Source of the DNA: an uncultured Gemmatimonadales bacterium
GTDB lineage: Bacteria > Gemmatimonadota > Gemmatimonadetes > Gemmatimonadales > Gemmatimonadaceae
Assembly: GCA_963707505.1 (NCBI GenBank)
Contig: CAVPQB010000002.1
Coordinates: 122,032 to 186,031, forward strand
Length of the DNA stretch: 64,000 bases
Direction of reading: 5' to 3'
Each line of letters opens with the position of its first letter. Within the stretch, counting starts at the first letter, position 1. The notes beneath the pieces are model-generated. The model was not told where the DNA came from and did no database searches. It worked only from the letters and a program-made list of their open reading frames with translations. This document shows, piece after piece, positions 41,596 to 52,556 of the stretch. The position numbers and the translations under genes are program-made.

Positions 41596-42783
41596 GTGGA
41601 TACGCCTCCCAGTTTCAAAACGCCTGTCAAAACGGCTGTCAAAACGCCTTTCAACGCGCCTTTCAACGCGCCGGCCTGGGCCGAGAACCTGTCGTCTGCC
41701 TCATTCCCCAAATTCGAGGGCGACGCGGAAACAGATGTATGCGTGGTGGGGCTCGGGGGGTCCGGGTTGTCCTGCATCCACGAGCTGCGCAGGCTTGGAC
41801 AGCGTGTCGTCGGTCTCGACGCGGATGTCGTTGGGGGCGGTGCCGCGGGGCGCAACGGCGGCTTTCTGCTCGCCGGACCGGTCACGTTCTACCACAATGC
41901 GGTCGCGGCGCTTGGTGGCGAGCGTGCCCGATCCATCTACAAACTCACGCTGGATGAGATGGACCGCATCGCGGAAGACGCACCGGGAACGGTACGACGC
42001 TGCGGCTCGTTGAGACTCGCGAGTTCCGAAGCGGAAGAGCGTGATTGCGATCTGCAGCTAGCGGCGATGCGCGCCGACGGGCTCGCGGTGACGCCGTATG
42101 TCGGCTCCGAAGGTCGAGGGCTGCTCTTTCCAGCCGACGGGTCATTCAATCCGCTTGCACGTTGCCGAGTTCTCGCGCGACGTGCAACGGAGATCGGCGC
42201 GACGCTGCACGAGCATTCACGCGTAGTGTCGTTCGGGAATGGCGAAGTGCGCACGAACGACGGGATTGTTCGCTGCAAGCACGTCATCATCGCGATCGAC
42301 GGCGGTCTGGAGTGCGTTGTGCCGGAGCTTGTGGGACGTGTGCGCACGGCGCGATTGCAGATGCTGGCCACGGGCCCAGCGCCGGACGTCGACATTCCTC
42401 GTCCGGTGTATAGCCGGTGGGGATACGATTACTGGCAGCAGCTGGATGACCATCGCGTCGTTATCGGCGGATGCAGAGACAGGTTCGTCGACGACGAGTG
42501 GACGACAGATACCGATCCGACCGACCAGGTGCAGCAGTGCATCGAGCAGGTCTTGCGCGAGGCGGTCGGCGTGCGGCAGCCAGTGCGACACAGATGGGCG
42601 GCCGCAGTTTCGTATTCGGCCGGTGTTCTTCCAGTGATGGATCAGGTACGGCCCGGTGTGTGGGCGATCGGCGGTTACAATGGAACGGGAAACGTGATCG
42701 GCGCGTTATACGGACGCATGGTGGCGCAGATTGCGGTCACGGGGACGTCCGATCTGCTGCCCGCGCTCGCGCCGAATGTGTAG
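41596..42783 (+). CDS. FAD-dependent oxidoreductase (DAO/PuuB-like)
   Basis: DVCVVGLGGSG, GAAGRNGG, GGYNGTG; start uncertain. Confidence 0.88.
   Translation: MDTPPSFKTPVKTAVKTPFNAPFNAPAWAENLSSASFPKFEGDAETDVCVVGLGGSGLSCIHELRRLGQRVVGLDADVVGGGAAGRNGGFLLAGPVTFYHNAVAALGGERARSIYKLTLDEMDRIAEDAPGTVRRCGSLRLASSEAEERDCDLQLAAMRADGLAVTPYVGSEGRGLLFPADGSFNPLARCRVLARRATEIGATLHEHSRVVSFGNGEVRTNDGIVRCKHVIIAIDGGLECVVPELVGRVRTARLQMLATGPAPDVDIPRPVYSRWGYDYWQQLDDHRVVIGGCRDRFVDDEWTTDTDPTDQVQQCIEQVLREAVGVRQPVRHRWAAAVSYSAGVLPVMDQVRPGVWAIGGYNGTGNVIGALYGRMVAQIAVTGTSDLLPALAPNV
41615..41674. repeat. 5 x 12-bp tandem repeat (TCAAAACGCCTG-like)
   Basis: Units at 41615, 41627, 41639, 41651 and 41663; encodes FKTPVKTAVKTPFNAPFNAP if translated. 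Confidence 0.75.
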
Positions 42784-42822
42784 ATGGGATAGAACGTCAT
42801 CCCTGCGAACACTGTTTGCATG

Positions 42823-44151
42823 TCACCGCGTGAGCCGATAGATCAGCACGGCAGCGCGTGCAGTCGCGGGGCCGATCGATCTCAGATCGACTCGCTCGTC
42901 CGGACTGTGTGATGCGAATCCGATGACGCCGAGTCCGTCCAGTGCATCGACGCGGTCAGAGATGAAGGAGATGTCGCCAGCGCCGCGCTCGCCGGGATCG
43001 AGCGGCTCGATCGCGCCCTGGCCCAGCGCTCTGCTCACCGAATCGAGCGTCGCAAGGAGCGCATAGTTGCCCTTTGTCGGTGGCATGGCTGGATTGCCAT
43101 CTTCGAACGTGATGGTCGCGGACGTTCCCGGAAGATGATGTGCGACGATGTCGCGCATCGCGTTGCGGGCGCTCGCTTCCTGTTCGTTGGAGATGAAGCG
43201 AAGATCGCCGCGCGCGACGGCGCTGCGTGAGATGATGTTGTCCTTGCCTGATGTCGTACCGGCGATCCGCGCGGAGTCATAGGTGACGTCGGTGCCGCCG
43301 ACAATGATCGCGGGATTGAAGGTGAGATATTTCTCTCCCGACAGCTTCTCCCGAAACTCGTTAAGGATGCGAGCAGCTTCGTAGATCGCACCGTCGCCGG
43401 CACTTGCTGTGAAAATTCCGGATGAGTGCGATTGCTTGCCCGTGACGGTGAGGGTCCAGCCACTCATTCCGCGCCGCGCGATGGTTCCCTTGCCGGCATC
43501 TTCCTCGAAGCCGAGCGCGATGTCGCTGCGGCTCGCGGCGTCGATGAGAGATTTGCGCGACTCCTTGAAGAGCGGGCCTGCGTCTTCCTCGTCTCCGGTA
43601 AGCGCCACGATGATCTGCGTATTGTCGAGTGCGCCGATGCTCTTGAGCGCCTTCAGTGCGTACAGAATCACAACGTCACCGCCCTTCATATCGCTGCTGC
43701 CGGCGCCAGACGCGAGAGTGTCGAGCCGCACGAACTTCTCGCCTTCACCCTCGAATACCGTGTCGAGATGTCCGAGCAGCAGAACGCGTTTCCCCTTCTT
43801 TCCCCTGTGCTCGGCGTACAGATGTCCGGCGCGGCCGACAGCGTCGGGCAGCGTCACCCAGGTGGTGTCCATACCGATCGATGCGAACTCGCCAGCGAAG
43901 AGACGACCGACTGCACGAACGCCCTTGAGATTGAGGGTGCCGCTGTTGATGTCGACGGCTTTTTCGAGCAGCGCCTGCTGCTCGGATTCGTGGGCATGGA
44001 CGTAGTCGACGAGTTTTTGCTCGACTGACGATAGACGTGGCGTCGACGCCGCAGTCTTCGTGCTCTGCGCCGCTGCGCTGCCTGCGACGGTCGTCGCAGT
44101 CGCTATTGCGATTATAAGTGAGCTGGCGATCGGGAACTTGCAGGATGTCAT
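42823..44151 (-). CDS. secreted M20 family metallopeptidase (carboxypeptidase G2-like)
   Basis: LLGHLDTVF, DMKGG, DEE, HSSG, HSPDE; signal peptide. Confidence 0.9.
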   Translation of the reverse strand: MTSCKFPIASSLIIAIATATTVAGSAAAQSTKTAASTPRLSSVEQKLVDYVHAHESEQQALLEKAVDINSGTLNLKGVRAVGRLFAGEFASIGMDTTWVTLPDAVGRAGHLYAEHRGKKGKRVLLLGHLDTVFEGEGEKFVRLDTLASGAGSSDMKGGDVVILYALKALKSIGALDNTQIIVALTGDEEDAGPLFKESRKSLIDAASRSDIALGFEEDAGKGTIARRGMSGWTLTVTGKQSHSSGIFTASAGDGAIYEAARILNEFREKLSGEKYLTFNPAIIVGGTDVTYDSARIAGTTSGKDNIISRSAVARGDLRFISNEQEASARNAMRDIVAHHLPGTSATITFEDGNPAMPPTKGNYALLATLDSVSRALGQGAIEPLDPGERGAGDISFISDRVDALDGLGVIGFASHSPDERVDLRSIGPATARAAVLIYRLTR

Positions 44152-44293
44152 GATATTCCGGAAACGGGGCAGGTAGGCTATCCTATCGCGTGCACGGAAT
44201 GTCGCAAGCGGAAGTGTGAACGTCAACGTCGCCATACTTCGCAGTACATCGCCGTAGATCGCCATCCCGCCCGGCACACATTCAGGAACATCC

Positions 44294-47200
44294 CTACATC
44301 AGATACCGCGCGCCGCGCTCTCCGCGCAAATGCTCGGCGAGCACTCGACGTGCTTCCGCGGCTTCGTCTTCTGACAACCAATCCGCGGCGACGATCCGCT
44401 TTCCTCTGCCTTCCACCGCGAGCGCGACACGACCGGCGCGCATTACCAGCAATGCGCCAGATCCGCGCGGACGCGAGAGCGGGTCGCGGTCCATGCCTTC
44501 GAGCGCGAGGGTGTATGGATTGGCGGGATCGCTCGAGGCGATGACTACGAACGGGGATTCCTGCGCATCCGAGCCCGCTACTTCGCGCAATCGCTCGACT
44601 GCATCCGGCAGGGCGAATTGCGCACCGGCAAGTCCGCGCACGAAGTAACCGCGACGAACCTCGCCGCGAAATTCCAGTCGCTTGAGCTCGTCGTAGATCG
44701 TGCGCCAGGACACTGGCGGACGCTCGCGACGCCACCAGTCGCGCGACACGACTCCGTACCGCTCCAGCCATTTGCGCGCGATCGCAGCTGCACGATCATC
44801 CGCATCGAGCGGACGGCCAAGTACGCCGGGCTTGTTCACCAGCGACCAGCGTCCAGTCCATGCGGACATTCCGCCGGAACGACCGGGCCGATCAGGACGC
44901 GTCCATTTCGGGAGACGGCGCAGATTTGGGCGACGCTGTCGCACCTGGCGGTCCGTTCCGTCAAGGAAACTCGACGGAAGCCAGCGCTCGGGATCATATG
45001 CAGGGTTCGGCATGATGGGCTTCCATCGCAGCACCTGCCGCATCGCTTCGACAGTGTCGTTCGTGACGAGACCGAGCGCCGACGAGCTCGCGCAATGCCT
45101 CGCGCAGCGACAGCGGTGAAAGCGAAATCGTCGCCTGCAGATCGGTGATGAAGGACGCGCCTTCCTGAACTATCACGTCGTAAACGATGCGCGCATTTGC
45201 GCTCAGCTCCGCAATTACGGACTCGTCGGGCGGTTGCAGCCACACGCCGCCTCTGCCACGCTCGATGAATCGCATGCGCGATAGAGCAATCACTTCTGCA
45301 TCGCCATCGCGATTCCCCTCCCCGATCCATACCGGCTCACCACCCGACATCCACTCGGCGAGCCACGCGAAATTGTAATCGCGAACACGCGACTTGAGAT
45401 AATCGCGCTCCCAACCCACTGCGGGACGCGCGCAGTCCGTAAAGCTGGCGCAGCGCGGTCTCCACGCCACCTGCTACCATCGAGCTGGTCCCGTGGATCC
45501 ACATGCTGCCAGCGTGAGAGAAATGCAGCGAACGCTGGCATCTCCACCGCCGCGATCTGCTTGCGCAGCGCAGCGAGCGCTCGGCGACGCGCAATCTCTG
45601 CGGTGCGGCGAGAGAGATATTCAATTCCGCTCACCTCCGGTCTGAAGCGACCAACGACAACGCGGCCGCGCTTGCGCCATTCGTCCATTATCGTCTCGAT
45701 CCAGCGCACCGGCCATCCGTACCGCTCGTGGATCTCGTCAACGGTGACAGGGCCGGCGAGCGCTACGTACCTGGCGAGAAGACCACGCCGGCCGCCTTCT
45801 CCGGGACCATAGTCCGATGCGCGCGCTGGATCCGTGCTCGTCTCGAGGTTGTTCTTTCGGCGCTCGACGATCTCCCAGAGCGCTTTCAGTGTCTCGTCGT
45901 CATGCTCGACGTTGCCCATCACTTCGTCCAGCATCGCGCGATCGAGTGACAGCAGCGCGGCTCGTTGCTCGGCGCGCGGCGTATCGTCGCCGTAGAGCCA
46001 GTCCATCACGAAGCCGAACTGCAGGCTCGCCGCAAATGGCGATGGCACGTCGGTCTGCACACTGTGGATGCGCGATGCGTCCGTCTTCCGATCGCCGCAG
46101 CACGTCCTTCAGCGATTCGATGTCGAATGCGTCCTGCAGCACCTCGCGATACGTCTCGACCAGAATCGGGAAGCTCGGGAACTCGCGCACGGTCTGCAGC
46201 AGGTCCAGCGCCTTGAGCCGTTGCAGCCAGAGCGGCATGCGCTCGTTCGGCATTCCCGCGCGGCAACAGCAGGGCGCGTGCCGGCATTCATTCGGAAGCG
46301 CGCACCGAACAGCGATGACGAGCCGACTTCCTCCATCACGAGTTGTTCAGCTTCCGCAGCGCTGACAGTCCGATGCAGCGACTTGAACCGGCGGCGGCGA
46401 TCCCGAGATCCGGCATGCGGAGCATGATGCCATCGTCGGTGGTCTGAACCTGCACGTCCACGCCGTCGAGCGATTCGCGCGCGCGATGCGCGAGCGCCAT
46501 CGCCCATGGTGCGTTCACTCTTCCGCCGAACGCGGCGTGGATCACGACGCGCACCGAGCCCGTCTCGTCGCGAAAGTGCTCGACGACGATGGTGCGGTCG
46601 TCGGGTACGACGCCTGTCGCAGCGACGTTGCGATGTCGATGTACTTGCGCAACGTGAGTTGATCGTCGCCTCATCACATCCGTAGCGCGCGGTGAGCTCA
46701 TCGTCGCTCACGCCGGCCTCAGCCAGCTCGCGGCGCAGCTCGCCGACGCGTGCGCTGAGCGCCAGGGATCGCGCCGAGTACTCGCCGTGCCAGAACGGCA
46801 TCCGCGCCGGAGCGCCTGGTGCGGGCGTCACGACCACGCGGTCGTGACCGATCTCCGCAATGCGCCACGTGGTCGATCCGAGCTGGAACACGTCGCCGAC
46901 GCGCGACTCGTGCACGAATTCCTCGTCCAGCTCGCCGAGCCGCGTGCGGTCGGCAAGATTCACCGTGTAGAGACCGCGATCCGGGATCGTGCCGCCGGAT
47001 ATCACCGCCGTCATTCGCGCTCGCGCGTGATGCCGGTCAGCCTGTTCGTCGCGCGATCGAACGTGATGCGTGCCTCCAGCTCCGCCGCGACTTCGGACGG
47101 ATACTTGCCGGACAGCATCGCGACGACCTCGTCGATACGCGCGCACGTGGCAGTGCGTGGTACGGATACGATCGCCGGACGAGCTCGAACAGCTCGTCCG

Positions 47201-48501
47201 CATCCCAGTCGTCGACCGATACGGCCGCGACTATCACCTGCGCCAAGAACGTCGAGCGCATTCTGCACGACGCGTGTCGGCTCGACCTCGCCTGCGCGCA
47301 TCGCCGCGACTATCGCCGCGGTCTCCATCGCGTCGTCGCGAAAGGTCGGGACAAAGACACCGCGGCTCGCAACACCCAGAGTATGTCCCGCACGTCCCAC
47401 ACGCTGCAGCGCCGCCGAGACCCGCTTTGGAGATTGAAGCTGGATCACGAGATCCACGCTGCCGATGTCGATACCCAGCTCGAGCGAGCTCGTGGTTACA
47501 GTGCACGCAGCTCGCCGGCCTTGAGACGCTGTTCCAGCCCGAGCCGTCGTTCGCGCGCTATGGAACCGTGATACGGTTGCGCGATCTCCTCTTCCGCCAG
47601 TGTGTTCACACGCGCTGCTATACGCTCGGCCTGCGCCCGATTGTTCACGAACACGAGTGTCGTGCGAGCGTTGCGTGTTTCGTTCAGCACGAGCTGTGCA
47701 ACTGAAGGCCAGACGCTGCCATCGACCCTGGCGAGATCCGGAACCGGAGATCGCACCGACAGCTGCAGCTCCTTGGCGAGTCCGCAATCCACGACTCGAA
47801 ACCTTGCGATTGGTGCCGCCGAGGAAGCGAGCTATTTCGTCGAGGGGGCGTTGCGTAGCCGACAGACCTATTCGCTGTGGACCTTCCGAAGTGGGAGTGA
47901 GCTGAACAAGCCGTTCCATCGTAACGGCCAGATGCGCTCCGCGCTTGGTCCCTGCGACGGCGTGTATCTCGTCGAGAATCACGGTACGCGTCGATGCGAA
48001 CATTCCGCGCCCGCGCAGCGACGTCAGCATGATGTTGAGCGATTCAGGCGTCGTTATGAGAATGTGCGGCGATTTGCGGATCATGCGCTGGCGCTGGCTT
48101 GCCGGTGTGTCGCCAGTGCGCACCGCGACGCGTATCTCGGGAAAGGCCAGTCCGGCCTGCTCGAATCTCCTGCGCAGCTCGGCGAGTGGCCGTTCCAGAT
48201 TGCGCTGGATGTCGTTGTTGAGCGCCTTGAGAGGCGACACGTACAGCAGATGCACACCGTTCGCGAGTGGCGCTGCGAGCCCCTCGACGATGAGCGCGTT
48301 CAGCTCCCAGAGAAAGGCGGCGAGCGTCTTACCGGTTCCGGTCGGCGCGAGGATCAGAGCATGGTCGCCGCTCGCAATTACTGGCCATCCCTGAATCTGC
48401 GGCGGCGACGGCGCACCGAGAGTCTCGGTGAACCATTCGCGCACGATGGGATGGAAGCCGGCCAGGGGATCGGTCGGCGACACGGTTGATTTAGCCTTCA
48501 T
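44294..48501 (-). CDS. lhr: Lhr family DEAH helicase (many frameshifts)
   Basis: [72 protein letters not shown]...GAQFA spread over frames. Confidence 0.9.
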
Positions 48502-48607
48502 TCCCGCGGAAACCCGAATTCGTCATTCCCGCGAAAGCGGCGCGGAGACTCGTCATTCCCGCGAAAGCGGCGCAATGACGAATCCAAGAGCTTGTCCGGG
48601 AATGACG
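48498..48607. repeat. REP/BIME-like cluster of GTCATTCCCGCG units
   Basis: CGTCATTCCCGCGAAAGCGGCGC at 48521 and 48551, a degenerate copy at 48498, and inverted CGGGAATGACG at 48597. Confidence 0.75.
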
Positions 48608-48631
48608 ACATCGTGCGAAACAGGACGCGAT

Positions 48632-49933
48632 CTACAGAACGCGCCACAGCTTCTCCGCTCCCCATTCGATCGTCCTCTCGTACAGTGACCGGTGCTCCCA
48701 CTCGGGCAGCTTTATCTCTTTGGAATACTTGAGATCGTCCATGAAGACCGAATCCATCTGCGCGCCGAATCCGGTGTCCAGCACGTTGAGATTGGACTCG
48801 TTGTTGAACGCGAGCGAGCGGTTGTCGAAGTTCATGGAGCCCACCGATGCCCACAGTCCATCGGCGACTATCGTCTTGGAGTGAATCATCGTAGGAGTGT
48901 ACTCGTAGATGTGCACGCCGCCGCGCAACATCTCCTCATAATACGCGCGCCCTGCGAACACCGTAGTCTTCACGTCGCTCTTGTCGCCAGCGGTGATCAC
49001 ACGCACATCGACCCCTCGCTTCACGGCGTCGATCAGCATGGTGCGAAACTCTGCGTCGGGCACGAAGTACGAATTGGTTATGTAGAGAGTCTTCTGCGCG
49101 CTGGTGATTGTGAGCGCGAGAAAGCGCTCGGCGATCGTGCTTCCCACCGCCGGAGTCGTGTACATCAATCCCGCGACGGTTTTGCCGACCGGTTCGAAGA
49201 TGGCCGGCGGAAAGAACATGTCGCCGGTGAGCAGCACTCCCGTAGCCTCGGCCCATCCCGCAGCGAATGCAGCCTGGAGTGCCGCGACTGCCGGCCCTTC
49301 GAAGCGTACGTTCGACTCGCGCCACTGCCTGTCGTGATGTCCGTCACCCTGCCAGTAATCGGCGAGACCGAATCCGCCCGTGTAGCCGATGTGGCCGTCG
49401 ATGACGACGACGCGCACGTGCGAGCGCGTCGCTGCGCGGTTGAGCGTGTACCATCGGATGGTCCGCAGCCATGCAACGCGTCCGCCCGCGGCGCGCACCT
49501 TGTCGACGAAATCCGTCTTGCGCAGCGGACCCGATCCGAAGGCGTCGAGCAGCACCAGGACGCGAACTCCCGCGCGCGCGCGCTCGACCAGACGATCGCG
49601 CATCTCATCCGCGATCCTGCCGGGCTCGGAGTAGTACATCTGCACGGTGAGCGTGTGCTTCGCCGATGATATGTCCTTCCACAATCGCGGATACGTCCCT
49701 TCACCGTTCAGGCAGAGCGTGACCGAGTTGCCGCGCGAGATGTGCGTGCTGCTGTACAGCTCCATCGTTTCGGCGAAGAGCGAATCGCCCACGGCAGGGG
49801 GACGGTCGGACGTGCCTGGCGCGATGACCGTGCGCACCGGCGTACCGTGCGTCACCGACAGAACACCAATCAGCACCATCGCGAGAATGACGACAATGAC
49901 CGCTATCTCGCCGGCGTACCTCAGAAGTGCCAT
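48632..49933 (-). CDS. cls: cardiolipin synthase / phospholipase D family
   Basis: HVRVVVIDG (variant first HKD), HSKTIVADG, GSMNFDNRS; start at MALLRY. Confidence 0.88.
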   Translation of the reverse strand: MALLRYAGEIAVIVVILAMVLIGVLSVTHGTPVRTVIAPGTSDRPPAVGDSLFAETMELYSSTHISRGNSVTLCLNGEGTYPRLWKDISSAKHTLTVQMYYSEPGRIADEMRDRLVERARAGVRVLVLLDAFGSGPLRKTDFVDKVRAAGGRVAWLRTIRWYTLNRAATRSHVRVVVIDGHIGYTGGFGLADYWQGDGHHDRQWRESNVRFEGPAVAALQAAFAAGWAEATGVLLTGDMFFPPAIFEPVGKTVAGLMYTTPAVGSTIAERFLALTITSAQKTLYITNSYFVPDAEFRTMLIDAVKRGVDVRVITAGDKSDVKTTVFAGRAYYEEMLRGGVHIYEYTPTMIHSKTIVADGLWASVGSMNFDNRSLAFNNESNLNVLDTGFGAQMDSVFMDDLKYSKEIKLPEWEHRSLYERTIEWGAEKLWRVL

Positions 49934-50063
49934 CAATGATCCGTCACTCGGCTTGTGAATGGTCTGGTCTCCGGTTGCTCGACGCCACAGGTTCACCATT
50001 CCCTATTCACTTCCCGTTCCACTTCCCTCTTCCAAGCGTGCAGGTATCGCCTATTCTATAGGT

Positions 50064-50924
50064 ATGCATCTGGCAGTGCCCGGCCGACGGCCGACGAGCA
50101 AGACAGTCGCCCTCGACCGGTCGCTCGAAGCCCTCCCCCTCTTCCGCCTCAGTGACTCGGCGGACGAGGGCGCGATAACGTACGCCCCGGCGGGGGGTGG
50201 CCGCTGGCGAGTGCTGCCTGCACCCGGCGACAGGCTACCGGGTACTTTTGATCAGGACGTTTACGTCGAGATCCTGCACCGCTTCGGGGAGGCTGGCTTC
50301 CCCGCCGATGGTGTCGTTCGCTTCACCCTTCACTCGTTCCTCCGATCGATCGGCCGGAAGGTGGACGGCCGCACGTACGAGCAGCTCAGATCCGCGCTGA
50401 ACCGGCTGGAGCGGACGAGACTTGAATCGAGCGGCGCCTACGAGATCGCTTCCGAACGACCGTTCGAAGGGACTTTCACCCTCCTCAGCTCGGTCTCGAT
50501 CCAGCGGCGCAGGTTGACCGATCGGGACCAGTTGGCTCTTTTCTCAGCACTTTCGGCATCGGAGCCGGGCGACGCCCGGGTAGTAGTATCACCGCAGCTT
50601 CGCGCGAACATCGCGGCTGGCAACACCATCTCGTTATCGCTCCAGCACTATGGCAGTCTGTCCAACCCGGTCGCTCGGCGGCTGTACCGGCTGCTGGCCA
50701 CGGCCAGATCACAGGACCATATCACCTGGCGCATCTCTCTTGGACAATTGGCTTCGCAATTGCCTCTTACTCAGCGATATCCTTCTCATCTGCAGCGGGT
50801 ACTACAACCGGCGCACGAGATGCTCATCGCCGCGGGACTTCTTAGAGACGCATCGTTTCACCAGCTCGACCGTGAGTGGCACGTGGACTACGTGCTGGCA
50901 ACACGGAACACTATAGCCCCGTAG
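50064..50924 (+). CDS. replication initiator protein A-like (RPA/TrfA-type winged helix)
   Basis: LPGTFDQDVYVEIL, VRFTLHSFLRSIG...GRTYEQLRSALNRL, YGSLSNPVARRLYRLL, LQPAHEML. Confidence 0.7.
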   Translation: MHLAVPGRRPTSKTVALDRSLEALPLFRLSDSADEGAITYAPAGGGRWRVLPAPGDRLPGTFDQDVYVEILHRFGEAGFPADGVVRFTLHSFLRSIGRKVDGRTYEQLRSALNRLERTRLESSGAYEIASERPFEGTFTLLSSVSIQRRRLTDRDQLALFSALSASEPGDARVVVSPQLRANIAAGNTISLSLQHYGSLSNPVARRLYRLLATARSQDHITWRISLGQLASQLPLTQRYPSHLQRVLQPAHEMLIAAGLLRDASFHQLDREWHVDYVLATRNTIAP

Positions 50925-50938
50925 TTTTACAACCACTT

Positions 50939-52537
50939 ATGCGTAAACCTCGCGTCCTACATCTGGCCGTCCTCGGGGCGGTCATGCTTCCCCTCGTTGC
51001 AGGGGCCTTTGTCTATCAGCAGCACGAAACGGTCGCCAGCGCTCAGCTGCTCGACGAAGTGCTGAGAATCACCGCCTCGCGCTACGTCGATAGCGTCGGC
51101 TCCAACGCGCTCTACGAGAAGGCCGCAACCGGGCTCGTGAAGGAGCTGAACGATCCCTATTCCGTTCTGTTCACCAAGAAGGAATTCGACCAGTTCAGCC
51201 AGCAGACCGGTGGCAAGTACGGCGGAATCGGCATGGAGATCGCGCCGACCAGCGGCTTCATCACCGTGCAGCGCGTATTCCCGCACACGCCGGCCTCAGC
51301 TGGCGGAGTGATGGAAGGCGACAGGATTCTCCAGATCGACACCGCAAACGCGCGCGGCTGGACCAGCGCCCAGGTATCGGACAAGCTCAAGGGCGATCCC
51401 GGCACCAAGGTGAGCGTCAAGTTCGGACGCGCCGGCGTCGCCGATCCGATTCCGGTGACGTTCACGCGCGCCATCGTGCACATCCCGGCCGTACCGTACA
51501 CGCTCGTGTTCGGAAACGTCGGCTACATCCCGTTGCAGCAGTTCAACGAGACGGCGACGCAGGAAGTGAGCGACGCGATCACTGACGTCACCAAGGCCGG
51601 TGCGAATCGCATCGTCTTCGACATGCGTGGCAATCCTGGCGGCTTCCTTGACCAGGCTATCTCCACCAGCAACCTGTTCCTCCCGCAGGGCCAGTCCATA
51701 CTCAGCGTTCGCGGACGCACGGGTGAAGTCGAGGCCTACAGCGCGACCGATGCGCCCAAGGAGCCGAAGATTCCGATAGTCGTGCTCGTTGACGGTCACA
51801 CGGCATCTGCATCGGAGATCGTCGCGGGCTCGCTGCAGGATCATGACCGTGCGCTCATCATGGGCACCACTTCATTCGGAAAGGGACTTGTGCAGAGTCT
51901 CTTCAAGCTGGATGGCGGCTACGCGCTCAAGATGACGACGGCCAAGTGGTATACGCCGAGTGGCCGGTCGATTCAGAAGGAGCGCAAGCTGCTGCCTGAT
52001 GGAGAGTTCGTCGAGGTGATGCCTGACTCGCTCGAGACCGACTCGGCGCGTCGTGCGCGTCCGCAGTACAAGAGCGATGCAGGCCGCATCGTGTACGGCG
52101 GTGGTGGCATCACGCCTGACATCATCGTCAAGCCTGACACACTGAGCACGCCGGAACAGAACCTGCTCAAGAGCCTGGCACCGAAGTCGCAGATCTTCGC
52201 CCAGGCGATGCAGGATTACGCCGCGGAGATGAAGGGCAAGGTGAAGCCCAACTTCACAGTTACGCCGGAGATGCGGAACACATTCCTCGCGCAGTTGAAG
52301 AAGAAGGGTGTGACAGTCGATTCGACGTTGCTTGCGAAGGGCGCGGGTACCGAGCTCGACCGTATCATCGGGCAGCGCATCACGACGATGGCGTTCGGCG
52401 ATTCCGCGGCCAAGCGCAAGTATCTCGACGACGACAATCAGCTTCAGAAGGCGATCGCGACGTTGAAGGGCGTACAGAACACGCAGGGACTTTTCGCTCT
52501 GGCGCAGAAGGCGCAGGGCGTGGCATCCAACCGGTAA
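50939..52537 (+). CDS. S41 carboxyl-terminal processing protease
   Basis: DPYS, GGIG PDZ, DMRGNPGG, TASASEIVAG, SFGKG, KWYTPSGRSIQ. Confidence 0.95.
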   Translation: MRKPRVLHLAVLGAVMLPLVAGAFVYQQHETVASAQLLDEVLRITASRYVDSVGSNALYEKAATGLVKELNDPYSVLFTKKEFDQFSQQTGGKYGGIGMEIAPTSGFITVQRVFPHTPASAGGVMEGDRILQIDTANARGWTSAQVSDKLKGDPGTKVSVKFGRAGVADPIPVTFTRAIVHIPAVPYTLVFGNVGYIPLQQFNETATQEVSDAITDVTKAGANRIVFDMRGNPGGFLDQAISTSNLFLPQGQSILSVRGRTGEVEAYSATDAPKEPKIPIVVLVDGHTASASEIVAGSLQDHDRALIMGTTSFGKGLVQSLFKLDGGYALKMTTAKWYTPSGRSIQKERKLLPDGEFVEVMPDSLETDSARRARPQYKSDAGRIVYGGGGITPDIIVKPDTLSTPEQNLLKSLAPKSQIFAQAMQDYAAEMKGKVKPNFTVTPEMRNTFLAQLKKKGVTVDSTLLAKGAGTELDRIIGQRITTMAFGDSAAKRKYLDDDNQLQKAIATLKGVQNTQGLFALAQKAQGVASNR

Positions 52538-52556
52538 CGCGCATCGAAAACGCGCC

